From positions 265,918,001 through 265,982,000 of the forward strand of contig OZ024740.1 in the NCBI GenBank assembly GCA_964016885.1: a DNA stretch of 64,000 nt. The letters run 5' to 3'. Origin of the DNA: Eledone cirrhosa (taxonomy: Eukaryota). Of the stretch, positions 43,797 through 58,397 are shown piece by piece. The position numbers and the translations under genes are program-made. The notes under the pieces are model-generated. The model had not been told where the DNA came from. It searched no databases and saw only the letters and a list, made by a program, of their open reading frames with translations. The first letter of the stretch is position 1, and each line of letters begins with the position of its first letter.

Positions 43797-43858
43797 TTTC
43801 ATTATACATATTTCGGTGATACCATATTAAAAATATGGCATGCCTTCTTCAGATAAAA
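43797..43858 (-). ncRNA. Type I hammerhead ribozyme
   Basis: UUUUAU-CUGAAGA-A-GG-C-AUGCCAUAUU/AAUAUGGUAU-CA-CC-GAAA-UAUGUA-UA-AUGAAA. Confidence 0.82.
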
Positions 43859-44789
43859 TACAATATATAAACAGTTTTATAAATAATTTTGACGTACCAT
43901 AAATATTGATCAACTTTTATGTAAGAAGTTGGTTTAGTAGTGAAATGTTGATAAATATTTAGTGTTAAGCACAGTTAAAAAGAAAGACGGAGAAAAAGAA
44001 GAGATGTATGTAAAGAAAAACAGAGAGAAATAGAGAGAGAAGGGGAGAGAGGAATAGTGAGGAGGTGAAAAAAGAGAGCCAGCTGAGGCAACAGATGAAT
44101 AATAATAATTTATCATACAAATTGAGAGATTTGGGAGGGAGCGAGTACTGTACTTATTTAGTTATATATATAGGGAGTGTAACGTGCCGTTACTTAGGTT
44201 CACCCGAGTGAGCCCTCGATACGTAGTTTCCAGTCGGTAAAGGCGTGTAGGACTAAGTAGAGTGTACTTATGATAATATATGGACGATTTGTTATGTCTT
44301 CATTACGTTTATTGAGTAGTAACGCGCATTTCGCTATTGATCAGCTCAAGGATCGATCTGTGTCGATCTATCTCGACTCTGGAAGCAAAAGCTCGTCGGA
44401 CTTCTGCAGTGCTAATGACAGAATGAGTCTGTGGGGCTTAGAAAGGTCTATAACGATTCACATTCATTTATAGTGGTCAGTTCTTTTTTCCTTTACTTTT
44501 TATTTTATTTTATTCCTCTTCGACAAACCGCTGACCAACAAAAAACCCTACACACACACCCCTTTCATCTCCTATCACGCATAGCCCATAACCACCTCCA
44601 CACCCATGGCCCTCACCTCATCACACACACGCCACAATGTCTATAAAACAGCCAAAACACCACTTCCCCGAAACTTACACTAACCATCGCTCTCCACCAC
44701 CATCTCTTCCTTATGATCCTCCCCTCCCTCTATCATACGTACCAACACATTCCTTATAGCAAAACCACCAATCAAAACAACAGTAACAG

Positions 44790-44950
44790 AAAGAATCAAG
44801 CCAAATTTGCCTAACGTTCACGGCCGTTTCCTGAAAATTACAGAACATGATGCTTATAACCGATTTAAGGATTGGTCTCAATCCTATCGATCTTAATAAT
44901 AAGTAACATTATGACCAAGGAAGATCATTTATCAGTAAGTGATTAAGGTC

Positions 44951-44981
<31 letters not shown>

Positions 44982-45667
44982 ACTCTACACATTAACTAGT
45001 TAACTACCCAAGTAAGGCGATCGAATAAACCCTTATGGTGCTATACTAACGTCTTACGAAATGCCAGATATTACACGACTGTCCATAAGTGGTTAAGATA
45101 ACAGTCAAACGAATCCCTCTATGGCAACTCTACAAATTTAAAATTTGGAGCAGTTATACTATGATTAGGATAAATCTATTGATTATATTACTCAACAAAG
45201 TTAGCTCAATGAACGTTCAGCTAGGAACATAATTTATACAAAATAAAACGATGTGCACTTTTCTTTTGCGCTTATATCTATTTGAGAAACAACTAGTATT
45301 ATGTACATTTATATAGAACGATAAAATAATAAATATACTAAAGAAAGAATCAAGCCAACATTGCCTAAAGTTCACTTATACAGCCTATTGCTGAGCATTA
45401 CAGAACATGATGTTTATAACTGATTTAATGATTGGGCTCAATCACCAATTATCGATCTTAGTAATAAGACCAAGGAAGATCGTTCATCAGAATGTGATCA
45501 AGGTCTTGTCTAATTATATCTCACTCTGTACATTAACTGGTTATCTGCCCAAGATCGATAATTGGTGATTGAGCCTAATCATTAAATTGGTTATTAGCAT
45601 CATGTTTTCGAATTTTCGTGAAACGGCCGTATAAGTGAGCTTTAGTCAATTTTGGCTTGATTCTTTT
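44790..45667. repeat. Direct repeat (period ~555 bp) plus adjacent inverted copy
   Basis: AAAGAATCAAGCCAA at about 44790 and 45344; 45552-45667 is the reverse complement of about 45344-45458. Confidence 0.7.
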
Positions 45668-46588
45668 TTTAAGTGAGTATATTTGTCGTTCTTCATTCAT
45701 GTACAAAATACTAATTATTTCTCAACTAGATATATGGAAAAAAATTTACACACACACACACATATATTTATATATATATATATATATACAAACAAAACAT
45801 GTTACTCGATCTCTGAGGAGGTACTGTTTGTGTCTCAGTATGGATATTTTTTCTATTCTAAGATAGAAGAAAGAATCTACCAGCTCCAGATGGTGATGTT
45901 GTAATCCGGGAATGTTATCCTAGGAAGAATTAATGCGAACACTTTCGTTTTCTCGTTGCTTTTAATCAGAACAAAACGATCATATGACTTCTCTGTGTTG
46001 TTAAATGTCTGTTGTACCTGCCCATCTCTATGTGCTGGTGAAGCTTTGTCTTTTCCATAGATCAGTTCTGTGAGGATTCCCATTACATTACACCGGTTAA
46101 TCTTGTAAGCAGAGACTGGACCAGTTGAAACGTCCTCCACCGAAGCAGTACCTTATATTCAAGATGGTGACCATGTCTACAATATAAAGTGGATATGTTC
46201 AAACAACAAGTAATGAGAAATCCAGTGATCCGAAAAATATTCCAGTGGAAGATCATGATGAATAAAAATCGAGTTCCAGGGAGAAAATCTTATGTGAAAA
46301 TATGTCTTCAGAGTATTTGTTGATTGAATTTAATTATAAAACCTCTAATGTTAGAAGATAAAAGCGGAAACCGTTATCTATGATTATTAGGTACAAATCT
46401 AAAGTGTCGCATAAATGCCTTTCAGTATTTATTAACTCTGCGTGATGCTGGAATGGAACTCATAACTTTATACACCTTCAAATGTTCACACGAACTACTC
46501 CGTAGTGAAGATAAACAATAAGTTAGTTAGAGTATCGATTGATAAAGTTAAACAGTTAAATCTTGAATGAACATAATAAAACTAATAA

Positions 46589-47490
46589 TAGTTTCTAATT
46601 TAGGAACATGGTCAGCAGTTTGGGGAATGAGGAGGTGGATAATAACGACCCAGTACGTGACTGGTACTTTATTTTATCGGTCACGGAAAGTTAACGATGG
46701 TGTGATTTGAACTGAGAAGCAAATACTGGGAAGCATTTTGTTCGACACACTAACCATTTTCCTAATCACTCACCCTTATAAAAATGGTAATAATGTATTT
46801 AAACTTTAGTCAAAGTTCTGAAGTGTATGGTAAATTGAGTGAGCTATATACCAGTGTTAACGAAAAATGCTACATAAAAATTGTAAATATTAAAACAGGA
46901 AAGAAGGTGATCATCAGATAAAATGAAAGAAATTATGTTTCCATTTCTGTTTTCTTTTGCTGACACTGTCTGCCGGGTTGCAAATCCTGGAAAAAAAGGT
47001 GAGATTAATTCAGAACTCAGTGTCAAATGATATAATAAAAAGCATCCTGTCCGACTCTTTAACAATTCCGCCAACCCACTAACACTGGACTGATACTTTA
47101 TTTATTTACCCCGAAAGGATGAAAAACAAAGCTGATCGCGACAGGATTTAAACTCAGAGGATAGTGAACTGTACCAAATACCTGGCCCTAAAGACTGTCA
47201 ATTCGCCGCCTTATTGAATATAATCTCCGAGTAATTTAAACAGTTAAATCTGAGAAGATCGTAACAAAATTTACAATGATTTTGAATTTAGGCAGAAGGC
47301 CTGAATTTTGGAGGAGAGGAATATTGATTCTATCGATCTTTGATTGGTACTTTATTTTATCGACCTCGGTATGATGAAAGGTAAAAGTTGACGTTGTCAG
47401 GATTTGAACTCGGAATGTAAAAATCCAGAACAAATACTGCACTGGTATTTCATCCGACGATCTATCAATTTTGCCAATCTATCACCCTTT
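46589..47490 (-). mobile_element. Cluster of three to four diverged tRNA-derived SINEs
   Basis: Repeated TGGTACTTTATTTTATCG...GATGAAAG...GATTTGAACTC. Confidence 0.65.
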
Positions 47491-47951
47491 GTAACAAAAC
47501 AAATAATGGCAAGAAGAATATCTAAGAAAACATCAAACAAAGAAAAATTAAAAAAACAATAACGTTTGTTGAATACGTTACTATTTACGTAGATTTAAGA
47601 AAAGAAAATTTCGCTATATTATTTTGAGAAATGGAAGCCAAACAAAATGGTTATCGAACAATGCATTGTATCTATATTTTGTATTTACATGAAAATATTG
47701 TTGAAAAAATATCTGAAAGGTGGGTTGGAGTAGGGTGTAAAGGATATGGAATAAAATATAAGAAACACATAAAAGAAAACATTTAGAATATTATTTTGAA
47801 AAATACTCGATCGAATAAGTTGCACTAATTTACGCTTATTTACCTTCAAATATACAGTTGTAAAGTGTTTACACACGCATACCCATGCACACACATATAT
47901 ACATATGTATGTACATTGAAATGTTTATACATATGCATGTCCACCCAACGC

Positions 47952-47988
<37 letters not shown>

Positions 47989-48165
47989 CGTATGTATATG
48001 TGTGTATGTGTATGTGTGTGTGTGTGTATTATAATTATGTATGTACCTATGAGTGTATTTATTTATGTGCATGTATGTACGAGGGTCGGATGGAAGGTTC
48101 ATAGGCTAAGCATATAGTGTCATCGACTGACCAAATGAGGTTTATTTTTCAACATTGAAAGAAAT

Positions 48166-48343
48166 AATTGTTTCTACGTTTAGCACAAGACCAGCAATTA
48201 CCCAGTGCATTACTGGTACTTTATTTTATCGACCCCGTAAGGATGAAAGGCAAAGTTAACCTCGGGGGGATTTGAACTCAGAATGGCAAGGACCGTAACT
48301 CCATGCGTCAAAGCATGGCGTCCGACCCTCTACGGATACTGCC
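48166..48343 (-). mobile_element. tRNA-derived SINE with TSD
   Basis: TSD AAAGAAATAAT; same family as 21673. Confidence 0.85.
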
Positions 48344-48456
48344 AAAGAAATAATGCAGTTATTACTTAGCAAGATTGAAATTAATGCGTGCGCAAGCCTC
48401 ACTCCTTCATAGCCACCCGATGAACTTTAGAGCCTACCCTTGTATTGTATGGAAGC

Positions 48457-48501
<45 letters not shown>

Positions 48502-48589
48502 TATACTACTCCTCCCAGTACCTTAATAAATATTCTGAAAAATCTAAAGTCTGTTTCGAGCTCGGTGGTTCATGAAGCCAATGCTTATC

Positions 48590-48822
48590 CAGGTTACAGT
48601 GGCATGAAGTAAATGAGAGTACAAGACTCCCCCACCCTGGAGACGATGCCAGTCCATTGCAGGTTTTAACAACCAGCCATTGCTGGTACTCATTTTCGGC
48701 TGATTATACTGGAGTAACTTGAAATGAGGTGTTTTGCTCAAGAACAGAACTCGCAAACCAGCCTAGAAATCAAACCCACATTATGGTCGTACGTCCATCA
48801 CCCTTACCACTAGGCCATGTGC
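48590..48822 (-). mobile_element. Second tRNA-derived SINE family
   Basis: Minus strand begins ATGGCCTAGTGGTAAGGGTG (box A) ... GGGTTTGATTTC (box B-like). Confidence 0.6.
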
Positions 48823-49290
48823 TTCAAATACGTCTGCGTATTCACGTGAACGATATCATAATTCAAATTTCCATCTTGGAGATATTGTTTAGTTTTGTTT
48901 GTTTTTTTCGTAAACTGGCGTTTTAGCACGTTTTACTATTAACGGTATCTTATAAACTTGTATAAGAACCTGAAGAAATGTCACAAATTTACTACCACTT
49001 CTATTATGGATAAAAATAAGACTCATTATTCTAATAAAATGAATATCAAAACGCTGTTTCGGTATTAAGTACTCCTTCCTCTCAGTCCGTCAACCACATA
49101 TGGATATATACATATATATGTACATGTATATATATATATTGTTATGCTTTGGGAGGGTCATCTTGCCAATAAGAAACACACGCACCAGTTGTTTCACTTC
49201 AATTTATTATAAATTAAATTTATAAATTTAGGAATTTATAAATTTCCGGATGGTTGGTTGGTTCCACAACCGGGCGGTTGTTCATATATT

Positions 49291-49333
49291 GTTAAAGTTC
49301 TTTCGTCACACATTCTGTGACCTCTTCAGTGAC
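49291..49333 (-). ncRNA. Minimal type I hammerhead ribozyme
   Basis: GUCA-CUGAAGA-G-GUCAC/GUGAC-GAAA-GAAC-UU-UAAC. Confidence 0.75.
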
Positions 49334-49988
49334 TGGGGATTCTTTTCTTAGTGTTGTGCCTCTCCTTTGTTCTCTCCTACGTCATCTTGTATTTGTGTGT
49401 GTTGTGTGCTTAGTTTGCGCATGTGTTACATCCGGGTGTCTGTGTGTGTTTTTATTTGTTTATTTATTTGCTTATTTACATGTTACTGGTTGGTTGTTTG
49501 TTCTATGTGTGTGTGTTTTCATTTTGTCCTTAATTGTAAGTTGTGATGCTGCTATTCCATTCATGTTTTCTATTTAATTTTGGTTGTAGTTCATTTATGT
49601 TTATTGCCTCTGTGATTTATCTAAACATTTCGTCTTTTCTGTGTGTAGATTTTATTTTTATTTCTATGTTCTCTAAGTTGCCCTTATGTTCTATTTTAGC
49701 ATGTTGGTGGAGTACTGATGACTCTTTTCTATCTTAAAGCTCAATTAAATAGAAAACATGAATGGAATAGCAACATCACAACTTACAATTAAGGACAAAA
49801 TGAAAACACACACACATAGAACAAACAACCAACCAGTAACATGTAAATAAACAAATAAATAAACAAATAAAAACACACACAGACACCCGGATGTAACACA
49901 TGCGCAAACTAAGCACACAACACACAAAAAAACAAGATGGCGTAGGACAGAACAGAGGAGAGGCACAAAACAAAGAAAAGAATCCCCA

Positions 49989-50031
49989 GTCACTGAAGAG
50001 GTCACAGAATGTGTGACGAAAGAACTTTGAC
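49989..50031 (+). ncRNA. Minimal type I hammerhead ribozyme
   Basis: GUCA-CUGAAGA-G-GUCAC-agaaugu-GUGAC-GAAA-GAAC-UU-UGAC; perfect stems I and II. Confidence 0.87.
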
Positions 50032-50179
50032 ACTATATGAACAGCCGTCCGGTTGTGGAACCAACCAACCAATCGGAAATTTATAAATGTTTTTTAATTT
50101 ATAATTTTATTTATAATAAATTGGAGGGAAACAACTGGTGCGTGTGTTTATTCTTGGCAACATGACCCTCCCAAAGTAT

Positions 50180-50233
<54 letters not shown>

Positions 50234-50336
50234 TTGAGTCTGGCAAACCCTATTGTCCATAGTTGGTATCTTTTTCACTTTAGCGAATCTGATCCCTATA
50301 TATATATATATATGTGTGTGTGGCGGGGGGGGGGGG

Positions 50337-50380
<44 letters not shown>

Positions 50381-50716
50381 TCTTAAATGCGTTGAAATAT
50401 CCTTGATCTCCAGCAGATAACTGAAGAAGGGATTGTCCACCGCTTTATCAAGTAACCACATAGCTCCCTGTTTCTCCCAATTTTTTTTATTAAATGTATA
50501 TATATGCATATACATATATATGTGTATATATATATATTTGTGTGTGTGGGGTGGGTCTGTGTGTCTGTGTGTGTGTATGTGTTCCAGTGTGTGTGTATGT
50601 GTGTGCATGTGCATATATTCCCTGACGTTTCATACAAGTCAAATAGTTCTCGTCTAAAGAAATTTTTTCCAATTCCAACCTGCCCGTCCCCTCAATCTAT
50701 CTTATTTCTCATTCTT

Positions 50717-50752
50717 TCTTCTGATGAAGGACTAGCATCTGAAACGTCAAGA
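50717..50752 (+). ncRNA. Ultra-minimal HHR (paralogue of 42634)
   Basis: UCUU-CUGAUGA-A-GGAC/AUCU-GAAAC-GUC-AAGA; flanks 50664-50840 match 42581-42755. Confidence 0.75.
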
Positions 50753-50971
50753 CCCTCTTCCTACTATTTCAAGCGTTAACCTAATGTATTCCTTCCATAT
50801 ACTGTACCGATTGTGTTGTTATTTCTGTTTACCTTTTACATATATATATATATATATATAGGAACGAGTAGGACCCCGAGGGCTGAGCTCAAGCCGTTTC
50901 GACGGCTAATTCTGGTGCGTTATGGTCCACTTGGTTCCTTACCACAGTTCCTTCGTTATATATATATATAA

Positions 50972-51098
<127 letters not shown>

Positions 51099-52059
51099 CG
51101 TGTTTAATGGTCTCTATGGTGCTTCCATAGGTGGTATGCCAGTTGAGCACTCTATGTTCTTACATATATATATATATATATATACAGAGAGATTCAAAAA
51201 CAATTAGTCTTATTAGTTTCACTGTCTGGGTGAAATATAGAGAAAACCTTCAACGGATCGGACGTTTGTCGCTTATTAAGTGTACAATAATTCAGAGATT
51301 AGAAAATTGGCTATGGTAAGGGAAGATAGTTGAGAATTAAGAAAAGGAACAAGAAGGAGATAGAAAAGGAAGATAAAAGAAGAAAGAAGGTCACGGAAGA
51401 TTATTTTGTATGTATGTATGTATGTATGTATTATGGCCATCCAAAATCACCGGGAGAGATGACCCCTTAGCCTTTGTCAAGGCAGAATTCGGGGAGAAGG
51501 AAAACACTGATATAACACCTGCAACCCTGATGGTATCCAATGATGTTGACTTGTTCTTCTTTTTGGTAAATATCATCTTGGTTAAGAGAGTGGGACTGGC
51601 TTTGTGCAGTGCCTTTGCTCACTATAAAAGCTTCACGGCACAGGCATTGCTTTATATCTGGAGATCTCTCTGCACTTGTCGTCACATGGTACCATGGACC
51701 CAGCACTATGTGTCTATAATTGTCACAAGTGTAGTGTTTGTGCCAGAGTTTTCAAGTCGCTGGCGGGACTAAAAAGTCACACTCGCTGAGCGCATCGGTA
51801 GGGGTTCTCCTACATGAATATAAATTAGTGGCCGTACTCGAAAACGAGTTGGCAGCCACCACCATGTATTATGTATGTATGTATGTAACCCAGGACAACC
51901 TGTCGCATGGTCGGGTCGTCGGCGACTAAACCGGCAACCCACCAAGTTTACTTGGTGAGGAGGGTGATTTTGGACAGCCTGCAGGACAAAAACAAAACCT
52001 GACAAAAGGTGGAGTCAACGGCCATCCAAGATTGTGTAAATATGTATATACTTATGTAC

Positions 52060-52093
<34 letters not shown>

Positions 52094-52559
52094 ATGTGTG
52101 TGTGCGTGCGTGTGTGTATAACGTATATGCATGTGTGCATATGTGTGTATATGCGCGGGGACATAGGAATAATCGGGCTGGATACCCGATCGCGCGGTTA
52201 AACCACTGGGAGTGAAGGACCCCTAGCCTTTGTCAGGGCATTCTTCTAGAAGGCAACTCGGAAAACTGGAATAACTCCGACATAATACCTGCGTCTCAGT
52301 AGTTACCGATGATGTTGATCTTTTTCTTCTTTTCGGGTTGTAGCTACTGTCGCTCAGAGACTGGGTTTGGCTCAGTGCACAGTCTTTCCTCACTTTAAAA
52401 AAAATCTTCACGCACAGGCATTGTACGATAGCATTAATTAATAATTATTAATAATGTTATATTTTTCAATGGCCGAGGGGGCAGCCATCATGTATGTGTG
52501 TGTGTGTGTATGTATCTATGTATATGTGTATGTATGTAAGTATTTATGCATGTATGTAT

Positions 52560-54830
52560 GTTCTGGTTTCATAATTTTATAAATGTTACCAATAGAGAGA
52601 GAGAGAGAGTCGGTTTCTAACATAGACACAATACTCTCTCATTGGAATTTAGTCAACATCAACTAGGTAGATATGTCTGCAAGGCTGCATGGGTGCGTGT
52701 GTTCGGGTGTGTGTGTGCAGGTGATGGGTTTTATGGTGTATCGATGTGTATGTTTTGAGTTATATGTATGCATGTGATATTTTTAGTATCTGTACACGTA
52801 TGTATACATGCAGTTATTACATGAAGCATTTTTGGAATGTGTTACATATTTTACTGTTCCATTAATGGATTGTACTTGTAACTGCCTAACTAGTCGTGTT
52901 CTTACTGGTTCTGTGAAGCCTAGCTTCTCAATATTTGTAGTGAGGCAGTTAATAACATATCCTAGTGCCCCAATAATCACAGGTATAAATCTGTAGGTAT
53001 AGTCAGATTTATCATTAGTTCTGCATAGATATTCTCCTTTTCGCTGATCTTTAATATTATATTGGCATCTGCTGGGCAGCTGACTTTCACTACTGAGCAT
53101 GCCTTCTTTTCCCTGTTCTATAGCACTATATGTGGTCTGTTATACTTGCATTTTTTTCTGGGTTTTGACTAGAACATTCCACCAGTATACTTTCACATTA
53201 TGCATGTATATGTTATACGCATTGCTCTAAATGTCCATGTGTTTATTATCGGGGCTATCTTTTCTACTGATTGCATTGTATAGTGTTATAGTGTTTTGGC
53301 CACTGCATCATGCCTCGTGGGGTAGATAGTACCGTGATGACACCTTTGGACAGCTGCATATTACATAGGTGACATCTTTGATGTTAATACTACAGAGTCT
53401 GCACTTGTCACATTTAGATGTTTTGCCTGCATCCCAGTCTCTTTTGTGAATCAGTTATTTTGTATTTATTTCCTGTTCTTGGATTGCAAAAGCATATCCT
53501 TCAAAGTGGGAGCCAATATAGCGGTTGTTTGTCCATGATAGACTACTTGGCTTATCTATATTACTCTCACTCTGGAGCTTCCTGGCAACACATCCATGCA
53601 TGATTTTCTGCTGATAAACATGCAACTTTTCATCCATAGATTCACTGTGCTATCGCTGGGCGATTTCCCTGGGTGGGAGTTTCTGATTATCAGGGAACAT
53701 TTTTCAAGGAGTTCCTTCCCAACTCTCATGATATTATCTGTCCCATGCGGACAGACTTGCTCTGTAGATGGGTTTCTACGCTTCGAGGTTCGTAAATGTT
53801 GTCGTAGGGATATGATGCGACACACAAATTTTGTCTAGACTGATATTAGGCCTTTGCTTCCCTGCTTACGTTTCAAGTAGAGGCAGTCTATGTCACTGTT
53901 GATGGGGAGCTTTCCGGTGTCGTTTAGGATTTTTATGGTTTTAACATCAATAGCTCAGATCTCGTCTATCGTCCAATCGAGTATTCCAAATGTTGGTGTT
54001 AGGACAGGCACAGCAAACACATTGTGAGCCATTGTTTTATTGTGCGCAAAGATTCCACATGACCATATGTTTCATAATCGGGTGTTTCCCTGGTTATGCG
54101 TTCCTTGCTACAGATACCATCATCGGATAAATTCTCATCTATCTCTTGGTATCTGTAGCAGCCCTCGTCAGATATCAGTGAAACAGTTAAGATATTGATA
54201 AAAATGATGCTCGAGTGGCTTGTAGTTTTCCTCGCTTTACATTCATATTTGAACATTTATATATATATATATATGAACATTTATCCTGGCCAAACGTTAT
54301 ACCTATATCTTTTGAGAAGGTCGCCACCAGTTCAAGATTTGTTTTCATCCTATTTATGTTTTTCGCATATAATTTCAGGTCATCCACAAAGACGTTGTGG
54401 GTTAGGTTTGTTTTTCTGTCCTCCTAGGAGCCAAATATTTATCCTACATATTTCCTTATCAGAAAGAACAAAGGGGTTTAATGACAGAATAAATAGTAAC
54501 ACATAGTGACTTTCTCCTTGAAATATACCTATGTGACATTCTATTTTATCAGTGAGAAAAGAGTCCTCCACCACTGTTTTTAATTTTAGGATAGTAGTCC
54601 GAAAAGAAAAAATGTTCTCTATGGAATTTTAGCAAGTCAAATAGCCTCTATCACGCAAGTGTGAGGAACAGAATCGAATGCTTTCCTGTAGCCTAGCCAG
54701 AGTGTAACCATAGTCTTCCTATGTGGCCACACCGCTGGCATTGGTGTTTTGTTCATTAGGCGTTATTCAACAGACTCCCAAACACTTTCTTCCTAGCTGC
54801 TTGATGTCATTATTGTCGCAGAAACAGAGA
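52560..54830 (-). pseudogene. R4/Dong-like non-LTR element fragment (RT plus RLE), same family as 4360-5462
   Basis: YRKAFDSVPH, GIFQGES, LFILSLNP, DDLKLYA, AIQEQEINTK, PVIIGALG. Confidence 0.88.
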
Positions 54831-54973
54831 CCCACAATCTTACTTTTAAAAATCATAAGAACTGTGGAACCAGTAAAGTAAATAAATATTCTTAAAAGAC
54901 TCCAGTTACATTTTCAATTTCTTTTCCATATATTTTTGTCCGTGTGGGACATTGTAAAAAAACCTTACCATCT

Positions 54974-55007
<34 letters not shown>

Positions 55008-55053
55008 TGTATGTATGTATGTATGTATGTATGTATGTATGTATGTATGTATG

Positions 55054-55102
<49 letters not shown>

Positions 55103-55106
<4 letters not shown>

Positions 55107-56830
55107 CGGGTAAAATTCCCGAGATCCATGGACGAGTTCTCTCCAGCTGTCTCTGTCCTTCATCATCGCTGCCAGGTCCTGCGTCTCCAAGAGACGTGTA
55201 TCTGTCCTTAGGGCATCAACATATGTCAACCTCGGCCTTCCTATTCTAGTGTGTCCGTGCAGGAGCTCCCACAAAGGCACTGAATGTAGTGTCAACTCTG
55301 AATGTCGGTGAGCATGTCCAGCTAACCTCAGTCTCCTCTGTGTTACATTCGAGCTGACTTTTGGGAGGCTCCGTACAGCTCTGAGTTCTTCATCCTCAGT
55401 GTATACTGATTAATGTTCAGAGCCATGCTCAGCATTCTCTTGTAGAGCCCATGCACCATCTGAGTGAGATTCTTGGTCGGTTTCCAAATCTCAGAGCCGT
55501 ACAGTAGCTCAGACTCCACTGTAACAAAGAAGAGACGCATCTTCAGGTCTTTACGAAGGTCCGACTTCCACACCGATCTCAAACTGTGGCACGTTACCCA
55601 GGGTTTGCTCTTCTTCTCAACCACATCATCTTCTGAGTTCCCAATCTTTGCTCTCAGATACAAGAAGTCCTTAACCAAATCTAGCGGCTTCCCCCCTACA
55701 TTCATCATCTTGTCTAGCTTCTTAATGTTCTCGGCCAGCCACTTCGTCTTAATCTCATTCATTCTCATCCCCACACTCATCGACAGAATCTCCACCTCCT
55801 GCATCGACCCCTCTGCCTCATTCACTGTGTTTGTCACCAGAGCTTTGTCGTCAGCAAATTCAGCATCTGATATCTTTTTCGCCTTAACTCTCCTGCTCCG
55901 GGTCAGTGCTATACTAAAGCCAGAGTCCTGGTGTTTCTCCGGCACAAGGCGCATAAAATAGCCCACTGCAATGATGAAAAGGTAGGTAGCCAATGTATCT
56001 CCCTGAAGCACTCCAGCCAGTACCTCAAATAACTCCGTCATCCCATCAGGTCTAATGACTTGGGCTTTGGTGTTGGTGTAGAGCAGTGATATCAGGTCGA
56101 CTATCTTCTTGGGGATTCCATAATCTGTAAGATCTTCATCAGGCAGTGACGGTACACAGAATCAAAGGCCTATCTAAAGTCAATGAAAACCATGATAGCA
56201 AAAAGGATCTTTGCTCTAGCTCCCTCTAATATCCCCCTCAGCATCAGGATGTGACTGGTGGTTGATCTTCCCTCTCTGAAGCCGTTCTGGTTGTCCCTGG
56301 GCCTCTTTCTCCATCTCGCCCTGAATCCTGTTAAGAATCATCCTGTTGAGGATCTTTGTCACAAGTGACGTCAGTGAGATCCTCCTGTAGTTGTTGGTGT
56401 TAGAGAGATCTCCCTTCTTTGACACTAAGACGATGTTACTGAACCTCCACTGATTAAGGACAACTCCTTTCTCCAGTGCCTGGTTACAGAACTCCAGGAT
56501 ATCATCAACATAATATCTCTTCATGATCTCTGATACCACTCCATCTTCTCCATGGGCCTTCCCTTTCTTGATCTTCTTCTTGGCTCACTGAACTCTTCAC
56601 CGGAGGATCAGTATGGAATTGGTCCTTAGCAGCTTTCAGGTGTTCTCTGGTTGCACAGACTTTTGGGTTTGCAGAGCTGACGTGCTTCCTCTTCTTCTCT
56701 CTCCTCGACACCACGGTCTCACTTGCCTTTGCCACTGCATTGGTACCTGTATCTCATTGTCTCACTCTCCTCAGTCCCTCCAGTCTCTCTCTCTCCTCTG
56801 TCTCTCCACACAGAGCAATGAACCTGTTCC
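55103..56830 (-). pseudogene. RTE/RTEX-like LINE 3' fragment ending in (TA)n
   Basis: [51 protein letters not shown]. Confidence 0.88.
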
Positions 56831-56868
56831 TCACTTCTACTGTGTACCTCTCCTAAAGCTTATCATCT

Positions 56869-56963
<95 letters not shown>

Positions 56964-57156
56964 TTATGTATCATGAATTATCGTAGGGCATGGTAATTTG
57001 AAATATAGTGTGGAAGTCTAAGTACAAAATAAAACCTTACCTGTCGTTCGCTATAAATAATTATTTCTACTATTGGCACAAGGCCAGCAAATTACCCAGT
57101 ACATTACTGGTACTTTATTTTATCGACCCCGTAATGTATGTATATATATCTATCTA

Positions 57157-57183
<27 letters not shown>

Positions 57184-57194
<11 letters not shown>

Positions 57195-57284
57195 AATATA
57201 TATGTACACACATATATAAGCGTGCAACTAATACACTTCGTGTTTTTACATCCTCTTGTTTGTTCATTGCTTCCTAAACTTATA

Positions 57285-57380
<96 letters not shown>

Positions 57381-57480
57381 TATAAGTTTAGGAAGCAATG
57401 AACAAACAAGAGGATGTAAAAACACGAAGTGTATTAGTTGCACGCTTATATATGTGTGTACATATATATTTACATACATA
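57184..57480. repeat. Palindrome centred on (TA)n
   Basis: About 105-bp unique arms that look perfect by eye around a TA array. Confidence 0.9.
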
Positions 57481-57923
57481 CATGCATTCAAACGTACATA
57501 CAAACATACAAACATACATGCATACATACATATTTACATACATAAAAACATGCACACATACATACATTCACACAAACTTACACACCCTCATACATACACA
57601 CACAAACATGCATGCATACATATATACATGGTGGCTGCCAACTCGTTTTCGACTACGGCCACTACTTTATATCCATGTAAGAGAACCCCTACCGATTCGC
57701 TGAACGAGTGTGACTTTTTAGTCCAGCCAACGACTTTAAAACTCTGGTACAAACACTACACTTGTGACAATTATTGACACATAGTGCTGGGCCCATGGTA
57801 CCATGTGACGACAAGTACTGAGAGATCTCCATATATAAAGCAATGCCTGTGCCGTGAAGCTTTTATATACATACATACATACATACATACATACATACAT
57901 ACATACATACATACATACATACA

Positions 57924-57954
<31 letters not shown>

Positions 57955-58316
57955 CCAGTATCCAAGATACACCTTTAGCTTCATACCCATCATTATTGGA
58001 GCTACAGGTTATATACCAATCCGCTTGAACCAAAGTTGGACTGAACTTAGATTTGTGGACAAAGAATGGTGCTCCCTAATTCATAGACTACAAATGGCTG
58101 CGATAGCTAGCACCTTCAAAATTTGCAAAACATTCTTGCGATTCAAGGAATGACAATTTCTTTTCTTTTAAAACCTTGCCACCAGGAAGGTGGTCGGTCA
58201 AAAAAATGTACTCGAAATCAAGCGAAAGAGAAACATACGTACATAATTATAGAAACGACTATGGAGACAGAGAAAAGTTGTGTGTAAATAAGACCTAGCT
58301 AGCTAGCAAGCTAGCT

Positions 58317-58318
58317 AT

Positions 58319-58397
<79 letters not shown>
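58317..58397. repeat. (ATAG)n/(ATCT)n microsatellite at the Tx1 3' end
   Basis: Direct reading; the only long GATA array in the window. Confidence 0.95.

Larger units (their letters stand above)
49137..50187. mobile_element. Inverted duplication of a PLE 3' end (GIY-YIG C-terminus plus pLTR)
   Basis: 49137-49577 mirrored by 49745-50187; centre on minus encodes SVLHQHAKIEH...ITEAINI...PKLNRKHEW. Confidence 0.88.

Noticed and set aside
45877-46140. 87-aa ORF or small exon
   Set aside because: No recognisable motif or convincing splice context
50892-50907. AGCCGT-TTCG-ACGGCT hairpin with GAAAC on minus
   Set aside because: No CUGANGA core at a suitable position; isolated hairpin
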